Below are positions 15,091 through 29,517 of a stretch of 64,000 bases of DNA, piece by piece. The notes under the pieces are model-generated. The model ran no database searches and was not told the origin of the DNA. It saw nothing but the letters and a program-made list of their open reading frames with translations. The position numbers were made by a program, and so were the translations under genes. Source of the stretch: the human T2T-CHM13v2.0 reference genome, Homo sapiens. Location of the stretch: NCBI RefSeq assembly GCF_009914755.1, contig NC_060947.1. One strand, written 5' to 3'. How positions within the stretch are numbered: the stretch's first letter is position 1; every line of letters begins with the position of its first letter.

Positions 15091-16030
15091 GACTGAAGGC
15101 TAGAGGCTAGCTCCTACTGAGAGCACACATAGCCCACAAGCACCCTAAAAGGCTCTCTTAAAAATCGGCCAGCAATATGATTAGTGGTACTATAAAGAGA
15201 AGAATCAAGGGCATAATTATGACTCTTTGCCAGTGTCTACGAAGGATCATAAGACAAGACTGAGACATAGCAGAAATGTTAAACACACATTAAGATCCAG
15301 CAGATCTCAGGGCTGGGAACCTCAGTACCTTTCACTCTAACTCAGCAATGGCTTATAGAGGATGCAAGGTCTCTGCTCCTCTCACAGAGCAAACACACTT
15401 GTCTATCATTAATTCGGTTTCCCAAATGCAGTCCTCTACTACAATGGAGATGTCCCCCTTTGTAAACTATAGTAACATGGTTTTCTGACACCATGTTGTC
15501 TCAAGTGCTAGGCAACATGAGTCAGTTTTTCAAAGGCCCAGTTTCCCTTCATACCCCAGAGCGGACAGAACAAATCCTTGACTTAACGTTTTCCTCCTTT
15601 AATACTGACCAGCCAAACCATAACACAGGTTGCCCTAGTTGTCTCTTTCACTTCTACCTTCTTGATCTCTAATTCGATCAAAAAGTTAAGTTGGGGTTGG
15701 CAATGGAGTGTTGCCATTAAGAAATGCTAAAAAGTTGCCAAGTGATTTGGTATAAAAAAAAAAAAATCAACCAAGGAGCATAAGTAGTGCCAAAGATACG
15801 GTCAAGTACCATATACTTTAGTTACAATTTAAATCTCCATCAAATGATTTCTTTGAAACTTTAATTTCGCTTGTTCCTTTGGCCTCTGGAAACATTTTAG
15901 CCTTAAGTTAAATCTTAAGCTCCAAGCTCCAACTGAACCAAAATGTTAACTATGTAACAGTAGGAGCAGTAGGCAAATGTCAACTCTCTAAAGATACTTA
16001 ATAGCATCATTGTTGCAAGTGATAAATTAG

Positions 16031-16213
<183 letters not shown>

Positions 16214-16537
16214 TAAAGCCAGTCTGCTGCTCCTCAGCATCTTCCTTTACAGACTATACCTTCTTTATCTTAATATCACCCTTAGGGACTTGACCAGGTC
16301 AGTCACTCAATAAAGGTTTGTAGAACAGAAGATTTAGAACTGGTCTCACAACAAGTATTGTTAAGGGTGAGGAAATTACATTTCCCAGGACTCCCTAAAT
16401 ACATGGTGTGAAAAATCATTCTAGACTCTTTGGGCCTAGGTTTCCAATCCACAGCCCTACACCACCCATACCCACACACCAACACTCATAGATTGATCAA
16501 TAAAGAGACTTTAAGGGTTTTTTTTTTCCATACTCAC

Positions 16538-16564
16538 CTTTCCACATCAGATTTCCTTGGCAGT
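16538..16564 (-). CDS. MED14: MED14 exon 2, 27-nt microexon (LPRKSDVER)
   Basis: Minus strand reads tttcttcttag|ACTGCCAAGGAAATCTGATGTGGAAAG|gtgagt. Phase 2/2, joining exons 1 and 3 in frame. Confidence 0.93.
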
Positions 16565-18075
16565 CTAAGAAGAAAAAAAAAAAACGGATTAGATACATGC
16601 ATACCTTCATTCTAATGTGATAATAGTCTTTACTTTGACTCTATTAAATACGTTAATGTTTCAGAAAAACTGGGTAAACAGCTACTACAGGCTCATGTAG
16701 CTACCTACTCTTTTTTAGATTTATGAGTTTCCAGCAGTATGGTTATAAGGCAAAAACCAACAAAAGAACATTTTTCTCCATTCAAAATACTTCAAAATGT
16801 ATTGCATGAACCTTAAACATTTAAAAAGCCCAAGTCCCACATTAGCACACTATATCATAGGGTGTCAGAGAAAAGATTATTTTAAGACCAAAATGGTCAC
16901 AGATGCAGAAGAACTTACTACTTGGTTGCCAGCCTCCCTGTATCCAATGGATACCTGTTTCCAAGCAATAATCCCTCCACATTGTGTTATGGTGGACAAA
17001 ACTGGAAGCTAAGCATACAAAAGGACCAGTGTATGTCAAGGGTTTTACAGTAATTATGCTGCATGGTGGTTAGATGAAAAATTTTTATTGCTTTTAAACA
17101 GCTCCAACAGGATTTTTAAGTTTCTTTTTGCTAGTCCTCCAATACTGATAGCCAGCAACCAATGTCAACTTCTTCCCAGATAAGCTATACCATTTAACAT
17201 TCACATCCACTGATGCCTAGAAAGATCCTTAATGCCTCCTGAATTGCCACATTCTGTTAACCTCTATCCCACAGTCCAAGATTCAATGGCCTAAACAACT
17301 CTCATGCCTCTCCCACAGCTAATCAGTTCTTGAAGTACACACACCCAGCCATTTAGATTGTCTCCCACCCACGTGCCACAGGAACAGAAAAACTAAAACT
17401 ACTTCCAGAGGTTCAAAGTACAAGGAGGAGAAAATATTAAAATGATCTCTGGCTTATAGTTACCTCCTACTCTTAGGGTAGACGGTGAGATGGAAGTTAA
17501 AGTTATGGTCAGAATGATAAAGGGAACTAGGTGGGGGCTGGAAGGGCCAGCAGACCGGAGAGATGAAGCAGAAATTAAGGCCCTGTTAGAAGACTGCAAA
17601 TAAAGGCAGCTACTGGCAAGTTCCTCTACAAGCCAAACCTCTTGAGAACACTCCTTGAGAAGCCACAGCCCTTGTTTTCACCTCAAGGGAGGGGGAGAAT
17701 GAGAACGATGGGTATCTATAAGGGGAGAAGGGGAGCAGAGTTTCTGGGGGTAGAAAGAACAGGAATCATTGTTCCCACTCCTCCTACCTGCCTCAGAGAC
17801 CCTAAAAGAACCATCTCATGTCAGCGGTAGTATCAGTTCAGGGACAAAAGACAGGCTTTGCTGCCTGCCTCCCCTTTCCCCTATTCCTCCTAATCTATTT
17901 GAAATTCTTTTATGGATAAGAAAGCTACCATTTAGAGTAAAAGTTCTAAAATGCAAATGTTGGGAAGTAAGGCATAGAAACTTATTTACACCAAAGCACA
18001 ATAAGACAAGATTACATGACTGAGATCCTGGCATTTTCTGAATTAAAAGAAGTTTAAAAAAAAGGGGGCGGGGGG

Positions 18076-18400
<325 letters not shown>

Positions 18401-18799
18401 TCAAGGCAGAGAGTAAACTCTAGGATGAGAGCATGTATGTTGAGGGGGAAGGGAGGTGGACAAGCAGAAGGAAAAAACCCAGAAATCTGAGACCAAAACA
18501 AAACCACCTAAGTTGCCAAGGTTGTCCTTTTTACCTTCAATAGTTCACACACAAGCATCACATATTACTGAAGTAACTGTTTCCCTAAAGACTCATAAAG
18601 TATACCTCGAACACTGGCTCTACATTAACATATTAATCCTGACAGTTTTTAGGGAAAATACACTATTTAGGAACTTCCATGGTAAGTTCCCAAACTAATT
18701 AATTAATAATTACCACAATCAAAAGTGAAAAAAGTTGTATACCTGTGTATCAAGAACAAAAATAACTTTTCCTATTAAATTTCCCATGGTTTACAATTC

Positions 18800-19060
18800 T
18801 TTTTGAACAATATTTTTATTGATGCATTAAGCATGTACAGTTTCACAGTACATATAATTTCATACATTTATATAATTTGTAAAGATCAAATCAGTGTACT
18901 TGTGATATCCATCATCTTAAATATTTGTTTTTTCTTTATGCTGGAAACATCTGAATTATTCTCATCTAGCTATTTTGAAATGTACAGTAGATTCTTGCAA
19001 ACTAGTCACCCTACTGAGTTATCAAACACTAGTTATTATTTCTTCTATCAAACCATATAT
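18800..19060 (-). mobile_element. L1MA 3' UTR fragment
   Basis: gatcaaatcagtgtact...tctagctattttgaaatgtac. Confidence 0.65.
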
Positions 19061-19455
19061 TGATTTATGACAATTCTAAACATTCATTCATTCATGTATT
19101 AAATCAATAAATACTTAGTTAAGCCCTGTGTGCCAGGCATTGTTCTAGGCACCAGGGAAAGTCACAAACAAATCAAAATCTCTGTCCTCATGGGGTGGGA
19201 ATGGACAACAAACTAATAATGTCAGGTGGCAATAAGTGCTGTAAAGAAAAATAAAGCAGCAAGTAAGAAGGACAGAGTGAAGGGGCAGAGTACTATTTTA
19301 TAGGTGGTCAGAGAAAATCTTTCTGATAAATTGTATGTAAACAAGGACCTAAAGGACTAATGAGAAAGCAATTCACACAGATTTCTAGGGAAAAAGCAAA
19401 GGCTCTAAGATGGCAGTGTGCTAGGCACTAACAAGAAACATCAAGAAGGTTTGGA

Positions 19456-20012
19456 GGCTGGGCACAGCGGCTCACGCCTGTAATCCCAGCATTTTGGAAG
19501 GCCAAGGCGGGTAGATCACCTGAAGTTGGGAGTTTGAGACCAGCCTGGTCAGCATGGTGAAATCCCATTTCTACTAAAAATACAAAAATTAACCAGGTGT
19601 GGTGGTGCATGCCTGTAATCGCAGCTACTCGGGAGGCTGAGGCACAAGAATCACTTGAACCCGGGAGGCGGAGGCTGCAGCAAGCCGAGATCACACCACT
19701 GCACTCCAGCCTGGGCAACACCGTGAGACTCTGTCTCAAAAAAAAAAAAAGGTTTGGGAGGCAGAGGTGGGAGGACTGCTTAAGCCCAGGAGTTCAAGAT
19801 CAGCCTGGGCAACATAGTGAGACTCTTGTCTCTACCAAAAATAAAAAAATTAGCTGGGCGTGGTGGCGCATGCCTGTAGTTCCAGCTATTTGGGAGGCTG
19901 AGGCAGGAGGAGCAGTTGAGCCCATGTCGAGAGGCTGCAGTGAGCATGACTGTGCCACACTGCACTCCAGCCTGGGCAACAGAGTGAGACCCTGTCTCAA
20001 AAATAAAAAAGA
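19456..20012 (+). mobile_element. Two tandem Alus (19456-19750 full; 19752-20012 5'-truncated)
   Basis: Back-to-back Alu consensus, flanked by TSD-like aagaaacatca(a/g)gaagg. Confidence 0.9.
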
Positions 20013-20172
20013 AACATCAGGAAGGGTAATGTGGTCGGAACAGGATAAGCAAAGAGGAGAGTTTCAGGACATGCAGTTAAAGAGGTAAGGGACAAACCAA
20101 AAGTGGTTAAGAGGTTGGAGAAAAAAAAAAGGTTAAGGAACAGAGAAGGCACATCATGTAAGGCCTTAAAGG

Positions 20173-20309
20173 TAAGATGACCACATGTTCTGGTTTTCTG
20201 GTTTGCCCAAGACAGTCCTGGTTTATGCCTCTTGTTCTGACATTATTATCATCAGCCCCATTATGCTCAAAAGTGTCCCGGTTTGGACTATAAATTTTAT
20301 GGTCACTAT
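20173..20309 (-). mobile_element. MER94-like hAT MITE
   Basis: Terminal inverted repeats ~tgacca...tggtca; internal ggtttgcccaagacagtcctggtttatgcc...aaaagtgtcccggtttggac. Confidence 0.7.
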
Positions 20310-20325
20310 ACAGATGATTATCAAT

Positions 20326-20620
20326 ATTTTTTTTTTTTTTTTTGAGATAGGATCTCACTGTCACCCAGTCTGGAGTGCAGTGGTGCGAACATGCTCACTG
20401 CAGCCTCAACCTCCTGGGCTCAAGCGAACCTCCTGGGCCCAAGCAATCCTCCCACCTCCACCTTCCAAGTAGCTGGAACTACAGGCTTGGGCCACCACAC
20501 CCAGCTAATTTTCTATTTTTGGTAGAGACAGAGTCTCGAACTCCTGGGCTCAAGTGACCCCCTCCCCTGCCTCAGCCTCCCAAAGTGCTGGGATTACAGG
20601 TATAAGCCACCACACCTGGC
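20326..20620 (-). mobile_element. Alu (AluJ-like)
   Basis: T-tail and dimer with an internal deletion; TSD attatcaa. Confidence 0.88.
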
Positions 20621-22416
20621 AATTATCAACACTTTTTAATCTCAGTGAGATGGGGAACCATCGAAGGGTTCTAAGCAGAGAAATTTTAAAAGAATCATCC
20701 TGGCTATTTTGTGGAGAAGAAACTATAGAAGGGGCAAGGGAACTACAGAGATACCAGTGAACTGACTATTGCAGTACACAGGTGAAGGATTAGGTGGCTT
20801 GGACCAGCACTTGGTGGAAGTGTTGAGAAATGGTCAGACTCTGAAGTCAAAGATAACAGGACTTGCTGATGTATGTAGGATGTGAAGAGAGAGGAGCCAG
20901 GAGTTATTCCAAAATATTTGGCCTGAGCAACAACAGGAAGAATGGAGAGACTAGTGAGATAGCAAAGAAGGTTCTGCAGGAGGGAGGACAGTGGAATCAG
21001 GAGTTTGGTGCTGGAGTTGCTATGTTGAAATGCCCATCAAGATACTGAAATGTAGGCATCTGGATATAGAGTCTGGAGTTCATCAGAGAGGTCTGTGCTG
21101 GAGATACAAATATGGGAACCATCACATAAAGGGTGTGGGACTATAACTACATACTTATTCTACGGCAATAAAACAGATGTTCCTCTCTTCATAAGCCAAG
21201 TCCTAAAATAGTAAAAAGACAACCACAATTCAAGGAATTTCTACAAATCCCCTATGGAAAAGCAAATTACACCACCGATAGCAGCAGTTTTCAACATTTT
21301 TTTTCCCACAGCTCTATATAGGCACATACATGAAACTTTCTCATGGATATTCTTGGATTTTTATGAAATCCAACAATAAATGGTGCAGAGAGGTATATCA
21401 TTATAATAGTCCCTAAACCTGACAGCGATTTAAATTTCTCATTAGCCATGGGTAGGCTTCTTTAACACTACTTTTTTCTGTCCCATTCAAAAAAGTACAA
21501 TACATCAAAACTGAGAATGACGTTTTACAGGAGTTAAGTAGAGCCTACTCTTTCAGTCATCTGCAAACAAGTATCTGTTATCAGTCTCTAAAAACAAATT
21601 ACTGTGACGCTTTAGAGCCTAATATCTGCATACTAATGTATCTCAATTGATAACCCTGATCTGAAGTCTTGCAATAGATAAAAAATAAAATTCTGATTAA
21701 CTTTTTCTGAACCTGGGTTATAAGATGTACAACAGAGTCCCAAAATGTTACGGTGCCTTTTCTTCACACACTGAAATTCGTTAGTATATTCTGATCCTAT
21801 TCTGAAGGGATTAACAACTTAATCATGCCCCAAGGCATTTCATGGGTAACTAGGTGATTTATAAACCCCCTTCATACTCCAAGAAATAACAGACTACTTA
21901 CAAAAAAATTTTACTCACACTAACTTCATTAAGACCTCAAACACTCAAAAGTTCCAGAAAAAAAGTACTTTGAATTCAAATTTGTATTTTATACACAACG
22001 TATGTAGCTCCTGCATTAACTTAGAAGCAATAACAGCTTACATTTAAAACGTATCGTCAAGAGGCTGTAATACAAATTTCCCATCTATAGAGTTTTTTCT
22101 AAAAGCTCGAATATTATGTATTCCAGCCAAGAAATCAAGAGAGTTCTGTTGGGAACTCGGACAAAAATTTCACACAATTTTCAGTGGAAGTGTAACAACA
22201 CGCAAAATTAACAAGTCTCTGTTGCATCGTTGCCAGGAAGACCCCAGATACAAAGCTTCTTCTCCACCTCTGCTGAACCCCAGGAGTTCAAAAATTCTAG
22301 ACTAAGCAGTCCAGCGGAGAACACAGCAGCCTCTCGGGGAGAGGGAGGTGCAAACGTCTCAGCCGGTTGGGCGGGAAGGGGGGCTGGGGAACAGGCAGGG
22401 GTTTCGGGGCACTTAC

Positions 22417-22631
22417 AGGTCCGTCAACACCATAAGCTCCGAGTAGGCCCGGTGCAGCAGAAATTCAATGAGGGTGCTCAGCCGGTAGCCCGGGCTAGCC
22501 GCAGCTGCAGCGGCCGCCGCCACGGCGGCTCCCGGGGGAGGAGGGGCTGGGGCTGACGGGGGTCCGCCGCTGCCCCCGCCGCCGCCTCCGGGCGGGACCA
22601 GCTGGTGGTTCTCCAGCTGCACTGGGGCCAT
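22417..22631 (-). CDS. MED14: MED14 coding exon 1 (Met1 to Leu72, phase 2 end)
   Basis: Translates MAPVQLENHQLVPPGGGGGGSGGPPSAPAPPPPGAAVAAAAAAAASPGYRLSTLIEFLLHRAYSELMVLTDL, the MED14 N-terminus. Perfect Kozak GCCGCCATGG; donor CT|gtaagt at 22416. Confidence 0.97.
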
Positions 22632-22667
22632 GGCGGCGCAGGACCGGGCTTGGCGCAACGGCACACG

Positions 22668-23009
22668 ATGCGGTCCTCGAGCCTCCCGGGCGCTCGGTCA
22701 CCGCGCCGAAACGGGAGCGGGCAGAGTCGCCACCGCCTACCGCCGGGCCGCCTCAGAACAGGAAGCCGTGCGCCGACCGCGGAAGCCCGCCCCCATGTAG
22801 CGAGAAGTCCGCCGACCCCAGGGACAGGAGCGAGGGGCGGGGGGAGGCGGGGATGGGGGGGAAGCAGGGCGGCCCCGCAGAGGGGAAGCTGCGCCTCCGC
22901 AAACGCTCAGAAGCAGCTTCGCCAGACAGCCGCAACGTACATGTTGACTGCCCGAGGCGGAAGTCGATCGGCAGAGCGGAAGGGGGACCTGCAGAGGACC
23001 TTCCGACAG
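22668..23009 (+). CDS. MED14OS: MED14OS putative ORF, exon 1 (114 codons, MRSSSLPGARSPRR...RTFRQ); may be non-coding
   Basis: ATG at 22668 in the open 22605-23267 frame; donor CAG|gtctgt at 23010, phase 0. Arg/Gly-rich composition typical of CpG-island ORFs. Confidence 0.6.
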
Positions 23010-23739
23010 GTCTGTGTCTGTTCTCTCAGCTGTCTAGCACCGCAGCGCTGGGGGGCGCGTGGGAGTGAGGCGGTACCTGTGAGCGCGCGGGAGAGCGGAA
23101 AAGGGAGCCGCGCGCCGCCGGAAACCAGGGTGAGGGCTGAGCCGGAGTCGTCACCGGGAACGTCAGCAGTTGCCCCGCCCTTACCCTCGCCGCTCTCCCT
23201 CCCGCCTCCGCCCCCTGGCGTTGTAAAGGCGACAATTTGCCCAGAGAAATCCACCATCGCTTCCTAAGTGGGGCACAAACACAGCCAGGGGAGGCCTCCT
23301 CTAAATGTTCGTGAATTCTGGTTCTGGAATCGCGAAGAAATGGGAGCGGCCGCGCGCTTGTGATTCTCAGGCCTTTGCTCCTCCCATACACGTCCACGGC
23401 GCGTTACGTGGGAGAACGTTTTCGCCCCTTTTTTTTTTTTTCCAAACTGTGGGAAAAGGTGCTAGAAAATATGATTGCGGGTAGAGACAGGGCCGCTGGC
23501 AGAGTAACTCAATTTTAATAGAGTCGGGTGTATGCTGAGGTCGTCACCATCCCCCAAATCCTGTCAGTCCCACACAAAAACGGCCCTTAAATCCCCTGCC
23601 ACGGGCTCTCATATAGTTTTTGTCCTTGCTCTTGCAGTCACCGCTCTATTCTGAAGGGCTTTTCAGTTCATCCATGCCTACCGACACTCCCGTCCCCCCC
23701 ATCAAAGTCCACGTTTAATTTTTTGTACCTGCTTTAAAA

Positions 23740-23925
23740 CAGCGATTCTCAACCTTGGCTGCACTTTGCAATTATCTGAGGAGCTGTTTTTTAAAAAAAT
23801 ACTTAGATATATGGGTTCCACCCCTGTAGATTCAGATTTAATTGGTCTGGCTTGAGGTCTGGGCTTGGGGAATTTTTGAACTTTCCTAAGGTGATTCTAA
23901 CATGCCCTAACGTAGAGATTCACTA
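23740..23925. mobile_element. MER5-like hAT MITE
   Basis: cagcgattctcaaccttggctgca...gattcagatttaattggtctgg...ggtgattctaa. Confidence 0.7.
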
Positions 23926-24234
23926 TTAGAAGCATTCGTTGCTGCGACCCCTTTCAAACATCTTTTTGCAGTTTCATCTCCTCTTGGTGTAAGAGATGTT
24001 CATGATGTTCCCTAAGGTTAGAATATTCTTACTGTCATCACTTGGGTAATTCTTTATCATTGTTGAAAGCGGTTCATCTGCTTCTGAAGGTGTAAGCTCA
24101 CTTGTTCCCTCCCTTGGTGGTCCTAAAGCACATTGAAACAGAATATCATTGTGCTAGTTATTAAAATGCATTGGGATTATTTATACCCCTTACAGATACA
24201 GTTGCTGGAAGGCAGCTACCTTATTTTTAAATAT

Positions 24235-25255
<1,021 letters not shown>

Positions 25256-25411
25256 AAATTTGTTTGCTCCCTACACAAATTAATTGTGTGGTTTTAATTT
25301 GCATAGAGAGGCAGGCAAAGGCTACTCTGCTAATGGCTTTAGAGGCCACAGTAAGAAGTTTGGGTTTTATTCTAAATGCAAAGCCATTACAATGTTCTCA
25401 TTTTTTTCTAG

Positions 25412-25477
25412 GTTGGTCAGACCATGCCCATGGTTCCTCCTCTCGACTTCACTATGAATGCCGCATCTGTTGAATGA
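25412..25477 (+). CDS. MED14OS: MED14OS putative ORF, exon 2 (VGQTMPMVPPLDFTMNAASVE*)
   Basis: Acceptor ttctcatttttttctag|GTT. In-frame splice gives 135 aa, consistent with my recollection of the putative MED14OS protein. Confidence 0.6.
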   Translation, partial: VGQTMPMVPPLDFTMNAASVE

Positions 25478-26028
25478 ATGCAGTTTCTGCTCTTGCTTTT
25501 GGATAGAAGTGATTGCAAATCTTATCAAAATAATGAAAAAAATTACTTTTCAATTCCTTTTCAACCCTTTTGAGTCTGAGGGGCAGCTGTACATTAAATG
25601 AAACCATATGTATCATAATTTCATTTTTCCATCAAAAGAGCTTTAAAGGAAATTCCCCTTTTTCTCCATGTTTTCAATATTTTTTGTTCCTTTTGTTAAA
25701 ATCAGATTAATCTCATGAAACATCTGAAGCATTTAAGTCAATTTAAGAGCTGAGAAAATATCATGCTGCTAGTTCTGAAACGATCTGAAGTGTGAATCAG
25801 GTGATCACCAAATAGGGGAACAACTGAAAAATGTGAATGAAAGAAGTATGTACCTATACTATAGTGTCAAATATTGTACTGTAAGCTTTAAAATGATAAA
25901 TTGGAAACTTTCCAAAAGTGGTTTGAATATGGGTCATTTATTTAGTAACTCAGCCAAACATGCTAACATTTTCTTTCCTTCCCCATTAATTTATTTTACT
26001 AGCCCTTCCTATGTTTGCCAAGTGGCTA

Positions 26029-26443
26029 TGTTACTGAAACCAGCCCAATTGTCCCATAGAACCGATGTTTACAGTCTTCTAAAATAAACATAGATATTGA
26101 CCCTTCCAGTTTTAAAGCTTGAAACTTATATTTGTCTTAACTGAGTTCCTTCCTCGGGAAAATAACCTTCATGCCTCCCAGATAGTTTCAAGAAACTGAA
26201 ACCAGGTCACCATATCTAGACAATGAGAAGCCAGGTCCCTCATCCTTCATGATTTCCTTACCTCTCCCTAATTCCTGTTTACCCACATGTAGTTACATTC
26301 CTTTCCCACTATATAAACCCCCAATTTTAGTCAGTCAGAGAGATGGAATGACTACTTCCCTGGCAACAGTCGTTGTCTCAGTGATTGGCTTTCTGTGCAG
26401 GGAGCAATGGGACCTAGACCAAACCCCTGGCATTTTGGTAACA
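26029..26443 (+). mobile_element. ERV1 solo LTR (LTR26-like)
   Basis: tgttactgaaaccagcccaattgtcccatag...TATATAAA (~26310)...ttggtaaca; TG...CA ends. Confidence 0.7.
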
Positions 26444-26946
26444 CTATCTGGTTGGGAGGTGGGATATCACTGCACTCAGGAGCTTTCATTTACTTTACCT
26501 CTCTGGTCTCCAATAATTCAAGCACAGTAAGTTTCATAGTCCTATTGCTGAATTTTCACCTTATTTTTCTTTAGAACATTCTTTTTGATAAATAGTACTT
26601 TTCCATTTTTAAAGATACCTATTCAACTCACAGAAATTTCAATAAACTCCCCATCTCCTGCCACTTATTCCCTTACTACACTGTAACTTCACTACATAGT
26701 ACATGCCATTCCCTCCCACTGAAGATAGCTTGCATTATGTTGCAGATACTTGAAATATTGTTTCCTGGCTGGCTTCTCATCCTTCAAGTATCAGTTTAAT
26801 GATAAAATCCTCAGAGAGGCTTTCCTGACTATATTACATTAGGCATGTACAAGGAACTTCATTGCAGCTTTATTTGTAGAAGCAAGAAAATATGAACAAT
26901 CTTAACTGTCTCTCAGTAGGAGAATAGATAAGTAAACTATATTTTT

Positions 26947-27286
26947 GCCCAGGCATGGTGGCTTATACCTGTAATCCCAGCACTTTGGGAGGCTGAGGCC
27001 AGCTAATTGCTTGAGGCCAGGAGTTCCAGACCAGCCTGGCCAACATGATGAAAACTCCGTCTCTACTAAAAATACAAAAACAACAACAACAACAACAACA
27101 ACAAAAACAAATTAGCTGAGCGTGGTGGTGCAAGCCTGTAATCCCAACTGCTTGGGAGACCGAGGCACAAGAATTGCTTGAACCCGGGAGGCGCAGTTGC
27201 AGTGAGCCGAGATCCGCCACTGCACTCCAGCCTGAGTGACAGAGCAAGACTCTGTCCCAAAAATAAAAATAAATAAATAAATAAAT
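26947..27286 (+). mobile_element. Alu with a (CAA)n linker and (TAAA)n tail
   Basis: Alu dimer; CAA repeat at 27080-27110. Confidence 0.9.
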
Positions 27287-27416
27287 ATATTTTTATGTAA
27301 CTGTTCAAATGTATTACAGCTACGTAAACTGACATGAATACATCTTAAAAACAATACTGAATAAAGAAAAGCAATCTTTCTGATACCACTTGTGTCCATT
27401 TTAAAAGCACACAAAA

Positions 27417-27866
<450 letters not shown>

Positions 27867-28394
27867 CTATTTTATCTAATGGATTTCTGGAAGAAAAACA
27901 TAAAGGAAATGTGACAATATTAATATCTATTAAATCAGGGGATAGAGATCTGATTGTTAATATATTCTGTACTTTTCAATATTTTTAAATATTTCATAAT
28001 TTTAAAACATTTAAATTTAAATGTTTCTATCAGTATAATTTACACTAGCTACCATTACAAACTCCAAAATCTTGGTGACTTAACAGAGTAAGAGTTTATT
28101 TCTCATGCTCATGAATCTCAATAAAGATGTACCTGATGGGGATGGTCCTCTAAGTAGTAACTCGGAGACCCAAGCTTCTTCCATCTTGGGAAGCCATCAC
28201 TATATGAGAATTTTTTTTGTGTGTGTCCACCCATGTTCCATTAGCCAGAATTAGTCATACAGCCCATTTAAAGGCTAGGGACCTGGAAAATATGGTCTTC
28301 TTGTGTGCTTAGGGAAGAAATGAAATAGTATGATGAACAGATAGCATTGTTTTTACCACAATATTAAAGTAGTCTCCTCTTTTTTTCCCCTTAG

Positions 28395-28582
28395 AGCACA
28401 GCCCCTGAAATCAGACTGCTTAGATTCAAATCCTAGCTCTACCACACACTATCTGAACGCTCTCCAGCAAGTTACTTTACTTTGCGTGATCTCAGTTTCT
28501 TCATCTGTAATAATACTGCTTACCTCAAAGGATGATTGTGAAGAATTAATGAGTTGACATGTGCAAAGGGCTTAAAATAGTA
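28395..28582 (+). mobile_element. MIR
   Basis: gattcaaatcctagctctacc...ctcagtttcttcatctgtaa. Confidence 0.65.
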
Positions 28583-28862
28583 AGTGGTCTTCATCCTTTG
28601 ATGATCAAACAGTAAGTGATCATCATCATTTAGGATCAGTAAGTCTTGTATTTGCTTATTCACCTAATAACCTGTGAACTTTCTTCTTCTGTCCTCATGT
28701 GGCTATCTTTCTGATCTCCCCACCTACCATAGTGCCTAGCTACCTGGCTTTAATGAATGAATGGGATGAATATATTTTTGCACCAACCTAATATTTCTTC
28801 ATTTATATGCTATAGTTCTATTTGTATTACATTTACTTTTGTAGGATTAATATTGACTTACA

Positions 28863-29517
<655 letters not shown>

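Larger units (their letters stand above)
19080..21140 (-). mobile_element. L2 element fragmented by Alus and a MER94
   Basis: cattcattcattca...tgtgccaggcattgttctaggcacc, followed by the G/A-rich L2 body. Confidence 0.7.
22300..23420. promoter_or_regulatory. CpG-island bidirectional promoter (MED14 / MED14OS)
   Basis: Very GC- and CpG-rich in an AT-rich background. Has GC boxes (GGGGCGGGG 22834, CCCGCCC) and ETS cores (CGGAAGT 22958-22964, CGGAAG ~22780, CTTCCG 23000); no clear TATA. Confidence 0.92.

Noticed and set aside
22632-22664. N-terminal extension MPLRQARSCAA on MED14
   Set aside because: The ORF caller used a GTG start; the ATG at 22631 has a perfect Kozak context and matches the known N-terminus.
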